A DNA stretch of 40,000 nt from Haloquadratum walsbyi C23 (GCF_000237865.1 NC_017459.1:568990-608989); one strand, 5' to 3'; positions 1 through 9,154 are shown, numbered from the stretch's first letter. Program-made: numbers and translations. Notes: generated by a model not told the origin, from the sequence alone.

Positions 1-2620
1 TGAGAAATCCGAACCCAACAGCACCAGCAAGCCCGTATGAGAGTAGCCGCCCGCGTGATAATCGCTGATCAAACGCTGATTGTTCCTCTCGTGCTGTTGT
101 TGCTTGTGCTGTTGCCCCAGCTGCGTCAAACTTCTCTGTGGCTTCAGCATACGCCTGTGTGATCATTTGCTGGCGTGCATCAACCCGGTCAAGTGCCCCA
201 ATCCAGAAAATCGGCTGCCCACCAATAGATGTAAGCGTCACTGCTGAAAGATTTGCTTCCGCTTGTCGTGCACGCTGGAGATTATCATTCCCCTCGCTGA
301 CAAGCGTGCTATATCTCTCGAATGCTGTTTGTGACTGCTGTTGGAACTCATTCGCATCATCTGTATTTCCGGTAAGTGCTGCTAATCGCGCTAGTTGACG
401 CTGTGTTTGTGCTGTGGTGAGCACAGCGGTCTCGTTATTCTGTGCACGGTCCTGATAGTATGCCCGCTGTTCATCAATTGCGGTTGCAAGCGATTCATCG
501 GCAGCCGATGCTGCCGTCTCAATTCGATTTTTGACTGGCGTTGTCTCAATTCGGGTTGATGCTGTTTCGAGTGTTCTATACGCTGCCGCTGCCCGAGTAA
601 GTGACCGCTGTGCAGCAGTATAGTTGCCAGCAGCCTGCTGTTCACGCGCGATTGTGATTTGCTCAATGATCAATACTGAACTTCGACCGGCTGCGCTGAC
701 TGTTGTTATATCTCCTCTCGCCGTATCTGATCTTTCATCACTTCCCTCACGAAGTCTGTCTGCTAACGCTTCCATTGCTTCTGCTGATTCTGTTGCAACG
801 ACTGCGCGGTCACTTTCTTCAGGAATATCAGATTCTTGAAGCGATTCGACTGTTGCAGTGAAATCAATCGGTCGGGGAGTCGCTGTAATTGTGATTGTCT
901 CAGTGTCGACATTTGACCCTGTAATTTCATATCTCCATGTATACGTGGTGAAGAACTCCGCTCGCGTATCAAACTGTAATGTGGTCACAAACGGTGCTGA
1001 GTCACCAGCCTCAAGTGATGATGGTCGTTCTTCGACGCGAAGCCACCCACTATCCGGTCCAGACACCTGTTCAATATTGAACCGACGGACATCTTGATAT
1101 CCCAGTCGCTCGCTGATATCGGTACTCCGCGTGACACGCTGGGTTGCAACAACCTGCCCGTATGTCACATCGCTTTGCCCGGCTTCTATGTCCGTCTCGT
1201 GGTCGACAGTCACTGTTGAGGATGTTGTTGTCTGTCCTGGCTCGGCAGCATCGATACTGACGTCAAGCCGCCGATCTCCTTCATCTGCAGTTGCACCAGC
1301 TGCCACCGAGACCTCAACACTCTGTGTTGATTGTGCTGAGATTGTGTCTGGTGCTGAGACAATATCTGCACGCAAACCGCTCCCGCTCACTGACGCATCG
1401 ACATCCTGAATATCCATTGGGAGATCACCACCATTTTCCACAGCGACACGAACAGTCTCACTGAATGACTCACGCTCTGCCTGCGGTTCGTCAAATGAAA
1501 TAATCTTATTACTTGCCCCGACAGCACCGTAGTATGCTGGATATATAACCCGTGCATCAAATCTGAGATTCGCACTCACGCCGTCCGGATCTGCGGGTCG
1601 GAACGTAGCTATCCACTCAAGTTGCTCATATTGTTCAGCATCGTCACTTGCCTGAATTGACACACTTCCATCGTCAGACCCTCCTGCAGAGATTCGATTT
1701 GGCGGTGATAAAGAAAGTGATCCATCCCCACTCCGGCGTGTGTAGTCGACATCAATATCTTCGACTGATTCATCACCACCCTCCTCTCTGAGTGTAAATG
1801 ATTCTTCTGTCGACTCGCCTATGAGAACATCACCAAGATCAATCGTTCGATCCGACGCCGAAAGAACTGGTGCCTTGATAATCGCAACATTAATTCCAAA
1901 TGACTCTGAGCTACCAGTTGAGTCAGAAACTATCACATCAATTGTGTATGTTCCTTCTGAGACCGAGTCTGAGGCGGTGATTTGCGCATTCACCGATTCA
2001 CGAGAGCCCGCTCGAATCTCTCCAGGTGAAGTGAGATCAACACGAATCCCTGATGGGCTATTATCGACTGATGCTGAAATCCCTGTCATAACGCCATCAC
2101 CCACATTTGGTATCTCAACATCAACCGTGGCTGACTCAGTTGATCTACCCTTGAACTTAATTTCAGTGCGCTTTCCATCCACCGACCCAAAGCGTGGCTC
2201 TAACACATTGACATCAACTGAGAGACTCTCAGAATATGATCCGCCACCACTGACATCAACCGTCGGTCTAAAGGAGTATGTTCTTTCGTCTGCACCACTT
2301 CGCGCTGTTGCTCTATATTCAATTGTGTACCGCTGTCCATTCCGAACGGTAAATGAGCTAGCACTCTGTAATTCAAATGTCACGTCACCACCTGCCTGGT
2401 CCTCACTCCGCGGTGTGACACTTGCCGTTCCATTTGCATTCGCGGTGAATGTATAGCTCAATCTCGTTGAATCGCTATCATTGTCTTCAGCTGATTGAAT
2501 CTGTACCGTGCCACTTTCTGCGGCGGTTGCAACACCTCCCGCAGCAATCATCGATATAATGAGAAGAGCAATTACAGCTACCTGCAAAGTGGCACTTTGA
2601 CATCGGCTCAACTCACCCAC
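1..2620 (-). CDS. Large envelope protein, 3' end beyond the left window edge (>=873 aa seen): N-terminal signal/TM anchor, several Ig-like beta-sandwich repeats, long Ala/Gln/Glu-rich helical region, beginning of a C-terminal TM
   Basis: Absent from the supplied ORF track because it is open at the window edge. Hand translation of the minus strand in the frame of GTG 2620..2618 is stop-free to position 1. That GTG overlaps the upstream stop as GTGGGTGA; an alternative TTG lies at 2611. The protein reads VGELSRCQSATLQVAVIALLIISMIAAGGVATAAESGTVQIQSAEDNDSD... and ends ...FDQRLSRGRLLSYGLAGAVGFGFL. Composition is acidic and haloarchaeal. Motifs such as IDLGDVLIGESTEESFTLREEG and EGTYTIDVIVSD resemble PapD/CARDB-type Ig folds. 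No closed minus-strand ORF in this frame is listed, consistent with an ORF leaving the window. Confidence 0.75.
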   Translation of the reverse strand, partial: MGELSRCQSATLQVAVIALLIISMIAAGGVATAAESGTVQIQSAEDNDSDSTRLSYTFTANANGTASVTPRSEDQAGGDVTFELQSASSFTVRNGQRYTIEYRATARSGADERTYSFRPTVDVSGGGSYSESLSVDVNVLEPRFGSVDGKRTEIKFKGRSTESATVDVEIPNVGDGVMTGISASVDNSPSGIRVDLTSPGEIRAGSRESVNAQITASDSVSEGTYTIDVIVSDSTGSSESFGINVAIIKAPVLSASDRTIDLGDVLIGESTEESFTLREEGGDESVEDIDVDYTRRSGDGSLSLSPPNRISAGGSDDGSVSIQASDDAEQYEQLEWIATFRPADPDGVSANLRFDARVIYPAYYGAVGASNKIISFDEPQAERESFSETVRVAVENGGDLPMDIQDVDASVSGSGLRADIVSAPDTISAQSTQSVEVSVAAGATADEGDRRLDVSIDAAEPGQTTTSSTVTVDHETDIEAGQSDVTYGQVVATQRVTRSTDISERLGYQDVRRFNIEQVSGPDSGWLRVEERPSSLEAGDSAPFVTTLQFDTRAEFFTTYTWRYEITGSNVDTETITITATPRPIDFTATVESLQESDIPEESDRAVVATESAEAMEALADRLREGSDERSDTARGDITTVSAAGRSSVLIIEQITIAREQQAAGNYTAAQRSLTRAAAAYRTLETASTRIETTPVKNRIETAASAADESLATAIDEQRAYYQDRAQNNETAVLTTAQTQRQLARLAALTGNTDDANEFQQQSQTAFERYSTLVSEGNDNLQRARQAEANLSAVTLTSIGGQPIFWIGALDRVDARQQMITQAYAEATEKFDAAGATAQATTAREEQSAFDQRLSRGRLLSYGLAGAVGFGFL

Positions 2621-3809
2621 GGAGCATCGCCCCCAGAAGTAATGAATCGCCGCGCGTGGCAGCTGTCATATCACGTTGCCACAAGGCTACCCGCCAGCCG
2701 ATGATTCCGATGATAATCCCAGTAATAGTACTATACCCAAGAATAAGTGTCGTACTCGCGACTGCCAGTGTATCACGCCGTTGGGCAGCAGCTGATTGTG
2801 TTGACTGCACCGTTTCAAGACGCTCTGTCATCTCATGTTTTTCAGCGATTTCGGTTGCTTGGTCCGCGTCATCAACAGCTTCCGTGGCGGATCGATACTG
2901 CTCAAAAACTCCGGCACCGTACGCACTGATCGCGGTTCCTGCTCCATCGCAGTTTGAGCAGGCCGAAATAAATGTCTGCGCTGAAGCGACAGATGCGTTT
3001 AATTCGTCGCGATCGCGCTGAAATGTCTGTTTAAGTCGGTCAACTCGAATAAGTATCTGCGCATATCGTTCTGTTGAACCTGCTCGTTGGTATGCTCGTG
3101 CAGCGTCTTCAAGTGCTTTAATCCGGGTCTCTGTTGCACTGACCGTCTCAGCTCGTGATTGCAATTCTTGGCCAGTATCTGCATAAAACCGATCAATCGA
3201 AACACCAGCTAAGGCAGCGTACTGTCCACCCCCAGCTGTTGAACGTAGTTTTTCACCGACAACTGTGGTATTTTCTGCAGCGCGTATCGCCGCCTCGTAT
3301 TCACCTGCCTGTTGTCGGTCATATGCGGTTGCGAATGTCTGTAACAGATCTAAAACAAGCCGCATCCGTGCTTGTTCAGCAGCGGTGAAATCACCAATCT
3401 GTACGGCAAACACAGCCTGTGATCGAATCACTTCGAACTCGCTATAACTGGTGTACGCGTTGTTTTGCTCAAGTCTGCGGAATGCAGCAAGGTAAGCACC
3501 AGCCGATTGTGGACTATCGCTGGATACACTTACATTATCATCTGTCTGTGTTATTGGTGTCTGATCAAACGTGTTTTGCGTGACTTCATCTGATTGTCCA
3601 TATCCAGACAGTGCTGTTTCTCTTACCGCTTCTACCGGTATCCTCGTCTGGGCCATCGCCGCTCTCCGTTCAACAGTAGGTGCTGTCTTTACAATATCTG
3701 ATTGTGCCGTATTGGTGCTCGTTGCCGTTCCAGCTCCTGGAACAATCCCGGTAAAGGCAAACGCAATAATAACCAGAATGATCGCATAGTTTCTCCAGCA
3801 TGGTGTCAT
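2613..3809 (-). CDS. Membrane protein: N-terminal signal/TM, Ala/Gln/Glu-rich helical region, C-terminal TM anchor; resembles the C-terminal half of the 1..2620 protein
   Basis: ORF track gives 2613..3815 (GTG). The first ATG at 3809 gives MTPCWRNYAIILVIIAFAFTGIV. C-terminal TM is LAVASTTLILGYSTITGIIIGIIGW. Local similarity DRQQAGEYEAAIR (here) vs REQQAAGNYTAAQR (downstream protein). The stop overlaps the next gene's GTG start. Confidence 0.8.
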   Translation of the reverse strand: MTPCWRNYAIILVIIAFAFTGIVPGAGTATSTNTAQSDIVKTAPTVERRAAMAQTRIPVEAVRETALSGYGQSDEVTQNTFDQTPITQTDDNVSVSSDSPQSAGAYLAAFRRLEQNNAYTSYSEFEVIRSQAVFAVQIGDFTAAEQARMRLVLDLLQTFATAYDRQQAGEYEAAIRAAENTTVVGEKLRSTAGGGQYAALAGVSIDRFYADTGQELQSRAETVSATETRIKALEDAARAYQRAGSTERYAQILIRVDRLKQTFQRDRDELNASVASAQTFISACSNCDGAGTAISAYGAGVFEQYRSATEAVDDADQATEIAEKHEMTERLETVQSTQSAAAQRRDTLAVASTTLILGYSTITGIIIGIIGWRVALWQRDMTAATRGDSLLLGAMLRG

Positions 3810-3932
3810 GCCCACACCTCGACGCGTTCATCGACCTCCGATTTCGTCCGCAGTTTCTCCGGTGCACACATATATCGATTCGGATTGTAACGCTGTACGT
3901 AATCGAAATTGATATTCGTTTCTCTACTCATT

Positions 3933-6900
3933 CTAGTATACGGTTCGTTCCATTCGTTCTCGCAGAGGATCGTGTTCAAATAGCTCTTCAACAGCGTTCA
4001 GTAATGCTTCTGCGACAGCAACAAACGCTGCTGATTCTACCTGATCAGTCGTATTTTGATCTCTAACCATTGTTGTTACAGATTCAACCATTTCTCTGGC
4101 AGGTGCAACCTCGGCGACATCACCAACCGCCGATGAAACTGCTTCATCAACCTCTCCAATTTGTTCGTTCACCACACTTCGCTGCTGTCCGATATCCTCG
4201 CGAGCGAGCGATGTAATTCGACTGATATCAACAGACCCACGCCATGTAACCGATACTTCAGCCATGTTCGAGCATGCTGAAAATAAATCGACGTTTCGCT
4301 TTGAGGTCATGACTGATTCCACAGTGTCAGCACTCGTTTCGATGGCATCAAGTAACGACTCTGCAACTGCGTCAGGGCGGGCATTACCACCAGCCGTCAA
4401 GAGCTCATATCCACTCGATGGGATACGCTCAACCGAACGAAGTGCTTTTGCGAGAACACTTGCATAATACAGCGGAATTGCACTATCACGGCGCTCAATC
4501 GATCCTATTTCATCAACACGGCGCTCGAGTTGGCGTCGACGGTTGCTAAGCTCAGATGGAAGTCGATAATCAAATGAAACTGGTAGTTCGATTTGCTCTG
4601 TCTCACCATCGATAACTCTAATTTCTCGTTTACTCTCGGTAAATGCATTATCGTATTCTGAGAGATCCGGTTTGACAGTATATGACCCGACTGGAGTATT
4701 CTTGAATATGACCGAGCCATTTGTATCCGGGTCAAGGACTGCTTTATTACCAGTTTCCTCTCGGATAGCGATAATAGGCACAGTCGAGACTGGTTCATCA
4801 CCAATTGTGATGGTTGCGTGAATCTCTCCAATGAGTTGCCGCATTTGGATATCAACCTGTGCTTGACCCTCTCCGACTGCTACTGTTTGGGTCGTTTTCT
4901 CATATTGATCATGATCAGCAGTTATGTCAACTTCTGATACTGATAATGGCACTTGTTGTCGCCACTGACCGCGCTGATCCGTCTGTCCGCGATAGGATTG
5001 TTTTTGAGAGTTGTCAGTAACTTCAGCTGTTATCTTAGCTCCCGCAATTGGGCTCGGATCCTGAGAACCCGATTGATCAATCGTCTTCACCGCGAGTTGT
5101 TGCCCGTCAAACCTGAGTGTGATACGACTTTCAGTACCGTCCACAGACGCTTTCGCCTGCTTTTGTTGCCCATTAACCACTGCTGTTGCTTGGACATGTC
5201 CCTGCCGCATCGAGATTGTTTCACTTCCACCAGACACAGAAATTAATTTCGAGTTTGACGCTGAGGACGATTGTGGCTTGATTGTGACATCGACTTCTCG
5301 CTCGATTGGAGTACCCGTCGCATCACGTAACTGAATCCGTAATGTGCCTGTTTTGTAGGAGGAAGTAGTCGTCTGTCCTGCTGGCTCCGCTCCAGTTTCA
5401 ACTGAAAGATACGTGATAATCATACTGGAGGTGATAAGTCCATATACGAGCCCATATAATGAATTTTGAATATTACCCAGGTCAATGACTATCGCTGCGA
5501 GCGATATTATCAGCACTACGAGACAGCCCCCAATGATACTAAGCATTGCAGCACCGATATCATCCTCCGCAAGCGATGTCGTCCTCAGTTCGCCCCATCC
5601 AGCAGTAACAGCGACGCTGACGAGCAACGTCGTCAACACTGTCAGTACTAAAGAATCGTTGCTGTACGCCCACCAGCTGAATAGTAATATAAATACAACT
5701 GCGGCAATACCTACACCAATACTAGTCGCACGTGGGAGTGACTGTGTCCGACGCACCACGCTTGCACCACCGAGCACGACGACCCCAAGGACACCACTCA
5801 ACACGAGTAATACCGGATTATCACCCCCGAGAATCGTTGCAATTAGCCCTTCTGAACTGTCGTCGGGTGATTGACCACCTGAGATCTGCGATGCGCCTTC
5901 GCCACTGGATCCAGACGCAATGTTGACATTCCAGATTGTCCCATCTTCATCAACAAGTAAGACGGATTCATTCTCCGGAATCGGATACCCACTTGCGTTA
6001 ATACCCGATGACATACTGGTCACGGAATACTGAGTATAGGAATCATTCTGCGCTATCCAAAGTGTTGCCTGCCCAGATACTTCAGATCCGCCATCCACTA
6101 TAATCTGATCTGTACTAGTATTCCAGGTTGCCGTCTGTCTTTGTGACTGAATATTAATTACGTCGTTCGGGGATCCTCGTCCGTCATATACGATATTTCT
6201 GACTGCTCCATTTTTCTGCTCAATTGTAATACTGAGTGTGTTTGCGAATCGAACTTGTCCAGGGACCGTGAGCGATTGAGTATCGGTAACTTCCTGTGTC
6301 TGTGTGTATGTCCCGTCTGGATTCTTTGTTTGGACAGTCAATGTATACTCTTTACCAGGTGTAATAAGTGGATGCGATATGCTCTGCTGTTGAGCGCTCT
6401 TACTACCGGTGATTTCTGGACGAGGGTTCTGTTCTGTGGTAATCGTGTATTGTTGCGTTGACCCATCCGGCAGAACACGGACATCTATATTACTCGTGAG
6501 TGCGACGCCAGTATCGAGAAACGCTTTCTGTCGGACTACGATTGCACGCTCATCTGAACGATACTCGCCGATAATGGTTTGACTAAGACCGTTTTGAGAA
6601 ATCTGAATCGGGACCTCTGCTTCTGGAACTCCAATCACTGTCGATGAGGGAATTTTGATACCATCAGATGTGATCTGTGGGGTACCATCCCCCTTTTTAA
6701 CATAACGGAGGTCTGCGTTTGTCGATCCAGTCTTGTTCTGATTTACCACAGTCAATGTAATATTAGCAGATTTGAGATTGAGATTCCGATCATTGCTGAT
6801 ATTCCGTATGTTGAATGTAATTGATTGACTCTGATTGAACGAAGTCGGCTTGTTATCAATGACAGTCTGCCCAGCGACGGTGACATTAACTGGCTCTGTC

Positions 6901-7223
6901 CCGTTGATCTCAAATCCTGAGGGCGTGACAGTGACCTCTCCGCTGTTATTATTCACACTCACATCAATCGAGGCAGCCGAGGCAGTTCCGACCCAATCAA
7001 AAGCAACTCCGCCAACAGCAAACACACACACAGCAACAATAATTAAAATGCAGACCCGGCGAGCAATCATCCATACTTGAGTATCAGTATCATCCTCACG
7101 CTGTCTTGGGGGACCCGTCTGCATCTGCTGACCTGATTGTGATTGTGACTGTGGGCATGCTTGAGACGTTTCAGACGATTCGATTGATGCGTGTGGTCGT
7201 GTGTATGGATGCGATGTACTCAT
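3933..7223 (-). CDS. Giant polytopic membrane protein (1096 aa): Gln/Ser-rich N-tail, TM1, sequon-rich beta-rich ectodomain of about 390 aa, 5-TM block, C-terminal region with carboxypeptidase-regulatory/PEGA-like beta-sandwich repeats and a helical tail
   Basis: ORF-track model 3933..7352 overlaps the upstream gene by 125 nt. ATG 7223 lies 4 nt after that gene's stop (TGAgtatATG) and starts MSTSHPYTRPH. TM1 is VCILIIVAVCVFAVGGVAF (about 7000-7075). The TM block NPVLLVLSGVLGVVVLGG...LYGLVYGLITSSMIITYL lies at about 5400-5830. Beta-sandwich motif: GSVIFKNTPVGSYTVKPD. Confidence 0.85.
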   Translation of the reverse strand: MSTSHPYTRPHASIESSETSQACPQSQSQSGQQMQTGPPRQREDDTDTQVWMIARRVCILIIVAVCVFAVGGVAFDWVGTASAASIDVSVNNNSGEVTVTPSGFEINGTEPVNVTVAGQTVIDNKPTSFNQSQSITFNIRNISNDRNLNLKSANITLTVVNQNKTGSTNADLRYVKKGDGTPQITSDGIKIPSSTVIGVPEAEVPIQISQNGLSQTIIGEYRSDERAIVVRQKAFLDTGVALTSNIDVRVLPDGSTQQYTITTEQNPRPEITGSKSAQQQSISHPLITPGKEYTLTVQTKNPDGTYTQTQEVTDTQSLTVPGQVRFANTLSITIEQKNGAVRNIVYDGRGSPNDVINIQSQRQTATWNTSTDQIIVDGGSEVSGQATLWIAQNDSYTQYSVTSMSSGINASGYPIPENESVLLVDEDGTIWNVNIASGSSGEGASQISGGQSPDDSSEGLIATILGGDNPVLLVLSGVLGVVVLGGASVVRRTQSLPRATSIGVGIAAVVFILLFSWWAYSNDSLVLTVLTTLLVSVAVTAGWGELRTTSLAEDDIGAAMLSIIGGCLVVLIISLAAIVIDLGNIQNSLYGLVYGLITSSMIITYLSVETGAEPAGQTTTSSYKTGTLRIQLRDATGTPIEREVDVTIKPQSSSASNSKLISVSGGSETISMRQGHVQATAVVNGQQKQAKASVDGTESRITLRFDGQQLAVKTIDQSGSQDPSPIAGAKITAEVTDNSQKQSYRGQTDQRGQWRQQVPLSVSEVDITADHDQYEKTTQTVAVGEGQAQVDIQMRQLIGEIHATITIGDEPVSTVPIIAIREETGNKAVLDPDTNGSVIFKNTPVGSYTVKPDLSEYDNAFTESKREIRVIDGETEQIELPVSFDYRLPSELSNRRRQLERRVDEIGSIERRDSAIPLYYASVLAKALRSVERIPSSGYELLTAGGNARPDAVAESLLDAIETSADTVESVMTSKRNVDLFSACSNMAEVSVTWRGSVDISRITSLAREDIGQQRSVVNEQIGEVDEAVSSAVGDVAEVAPAREMVESVTTMVRDQNTTDQVESAAFVAVAEALLNAVEELFEHDPLRERMERTVY

Positions 7224-7227
7224 ATAC

Positions 7228-8460
7228 TCACCCAGAATTATCCGAAAGATAATCCTCAAGATTCTGTTTGATCTGTCGAAATCGTCGCGGCGGGAATGTC
7301 TCTCCCTCAAGACTATCGACCTCACTTGAGAGACCGCTGTCTGTCGCCTCATCCATCATTCGTTCGAATTTTGACCATGAGACATCTAATAGTGGATCAA
7401 GATCGAACCCACCGAATAATAACAGCACATCGATACTATCTCGACGAGACTGATGTGGTGTGAGCGTCGGCATCTGATGAACAACATTATCCATCCCATT
7501 GCTTGCAAGCCACCGTTGGAGGCGACGTTCAAGACCAGCCTCTGAGTATTCACCACTATCGATTGCGTGTTGTGGGACCCGAACAATCGCGTACACAACT
7601 TTTGCGGTAGCCGGATCCATTGGTATAAAAAGATTATCTGCGGCTTTATCAAAAAGCAATTCTAACTCAAATATTGATGGCTGCTCCATGGCAGTCCCGG
7701 CAGTAAAATGATATTCATCAAGCCGCCGTGGCCATGCAATAAGATCTCGAACGTCGACCACACTGTACGTCTCTCGACCAGCGCTAATCATCATATCAAC
7801 TGCTTCAATCGCATTTCGATTAACCGTCTCATGACGACTTTCGTCATCCTCTCCAAGTTCTTCATCGTTTGAGACATGTGAGTTTGAGATTAATAATACC
7901 ATCTCAGCGTTTTGACTCCCATCATACCATCGAAGTAACCGTGAAAGTCCGGAAACAGCATTAAAATGACGTTGCCCTCCCTCAAAATCATATGGCCATG
8001 CCGCGAGAGCAACATGCGTGACATCGCGCATCGCATTTGTTGGTGGGTTATTTTTCAAACTATCAATAATATATGGCACTGAGCCATTCCCTGTCCCGCC
8101 GCCAAGAGTCGTCATATAGAGAAATGCATCTGCTTCATCAACCCCACCAGTGGTGATTGCCTCTGTAATTCGTGTTTCATCAACTGCAGCGCATTGCTCA
8201 CCACCAGGGAAGTAATTTCCAACACCGTCGAGCGGACCGAACTCAAGCGTGTGATCAGCTCTAATATCCTGAATGTCGATTGTATTCTGTTCAATACGGT
8301 CAATTGTGTTTGCGATGTCTGCGCGATTCGTGTTCATGACTAATACCCGGTCATCGATTCCAGGATTCTCAGTGCGACTGAACAGTGTCGATGCCATCCG
8401 GCCACCCCCCTCACCCGATGCGAGAACGGCCCAGCGCGTGTACGTGTCTGATTGGGACAT
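7228..8460 (-). CDS. Divergent tubulin/FtsZ/CetZ-superfamily GTPase, paralogue 3 (410 aa)
   Basis: T1-like SGEGGGR (8398..8418). T4 signature TLGGGTGNG (8083..8109). T3-like GVGNYFPGG. WPYDFEGGQRHFNAVSGL matches the CetZ pattern LPxxxEGxxxxxNA. T7-like VVDVRDLIA. ATG start; a TATA-like box lies upstream. Confidence 0.8.
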   Translation of the reverse strand: MSQSDTYTRWAVLASGEGGGRMASTLFSRTENPGIDDRVLVMNTNRADIANTIDRIEQNTIDIQDIRADHTLEFGPLDGVGNYFPGGEQCAAVDETRITEAITTGGVDEADAFLYMTTLGGGTGNGSVPYIIDSLKNNPPTNAMRDVTHVALAAWPYDFEGGQRHFNAVSGLSRLLRWYDGSQNAEMVLLISNSHVSNDEELGEDDESRHETVNRNAIEAVDMMISAGRETYSVVDVRDLIAWPRRLDEYHFTAGTAMEQPSIFELELLFDKAADNLFIPMDPATAKVVYAIVRVPQHAIDSGEYSEAGLERRLQRWLASNGMDNVVHQMPTLTPHQSRRDSIDVLLLFGGFDLDPLLDVSWSKFERMMDEATDSGLSSEVDSLEGETFPPRRFRQIKQNLEDYLSDNSG

Positions 8461-8491
8461 ATATATCGGTATACGTGCAGTGTGTAGTTGT

Positions 8492-8498
8492 ATTTATA
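8492..8498 (-). promoter_or_regulatory. TATA-like box (TATAAAT on minus strand) upstream of tubulin-like gene 7228..8460
   Basis: TATAAAT lies 31 nt upstream of ATG 8460, in an AT-rich 400-bp non-coding stretch. Confidence 0.4.
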
Positions 8499-8869
8499 TG
8501 TGTGCTCGATGTCAACTGCGATTGCGTCTTAGTATCGTTGTTGGTTTGATTGCGTTTTTTATTTTGTCTGTGTTCTTGCTGCAGATGGATATCACAAAGC
8601 AAGGTTCAATATCTCACATAATAGCCGATCCTGTCGGCATATCGATATCCAGAGTGGCTTCTTGAAGTAACCTACTGATGATACTGCTGTCTGGATTGCT
8701 ACCGTGTCGGCTTACTTCCAAATAGTCATTATCCATATACACGATGATGAGTTAATCCGAATGGTATTCGCTGATATATATTTTCGATTCGTATCATCAT
8801 ATATACATTTTTAATTCAGTGCTAACTCATTGATGCATATAATTACATGCGAACGTGTATATGTAAGTC

Positions 8870-9100
8870 TAGTTGTGATTGACATCCTCCTCCACATAAA
8901 CGCGGAGGAATCCTGAGCGTGAGCATTAGAGATTTCAGGTTTGCAGTTCCACCGAACCCCGCATGGTGAGAATCCGTGTGGGGTTCACAAACTGTGACGG
9001 GGCGAGTGGGACTGCTGGGAGTGCCACATCTCAGCGTGGCTATTGCAGCGTAGGATTCATCCTGTGGCTGAACCCGTAGGTATTCTCCTTGACCCTGTAT
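8870..9100 (-). repeat. Hairpin-rich non-coding element, copy A; probably a MITE-like derivative of the 3' end of an IS200/IS605-family (IS1341-type) tnpB gene
   Basis: Shares ordered blocks with the inverted copy at 24185..24440: AACGCGGAGGAATCC (8899..8913 vs 24398..24412), TTTCAGGT, and TGGGAGTGCCA (9016..9026 vs 24277..24287), at similar spacing (117 vs 125 nt). Contains a 10-bp hairpin GAACCCCGCA/TGTGGGGTTC. The GCACTCCC core matches the ETALP-coding stretch of the tnpB remnant at 30996..31406. Boundaries are approximate. Confidence 0.5.
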
Positions 9101-9154
9101 AATAGAAATCATGTGTGCATTTTTATGTTATTCTCAACGACAGTATGAAGTAGC

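Noticed and set aside
1821-2456. 211-aa plus-strand ORF (and other plus-strand ORFs between 138 and 2704)
   Set aside because: Ser/Thr/Pro/Arg-rich composition is typical of the antisense shadow of an acidic gene. The minus strand carries a stop-free, halophile-like frame across the whole region.
7224-7352. N-terminal extension of ORF 3933..7352
   Set aside because: It overlaps the 3' end of the tubulin-like gene by 125 nt and has Arg-rich, non-protein-like sequence. An ATG 4 nt after the upstream stop gives a sensible start.
8843-9112. 89-aa minus-strand ORF, and 24262..24540 plus-strand ORF
   Set aside because: Both run through the hairpin-rich repeat copies. Conservation between copies is at nucleotide-block level, not in a maintained reading frame.
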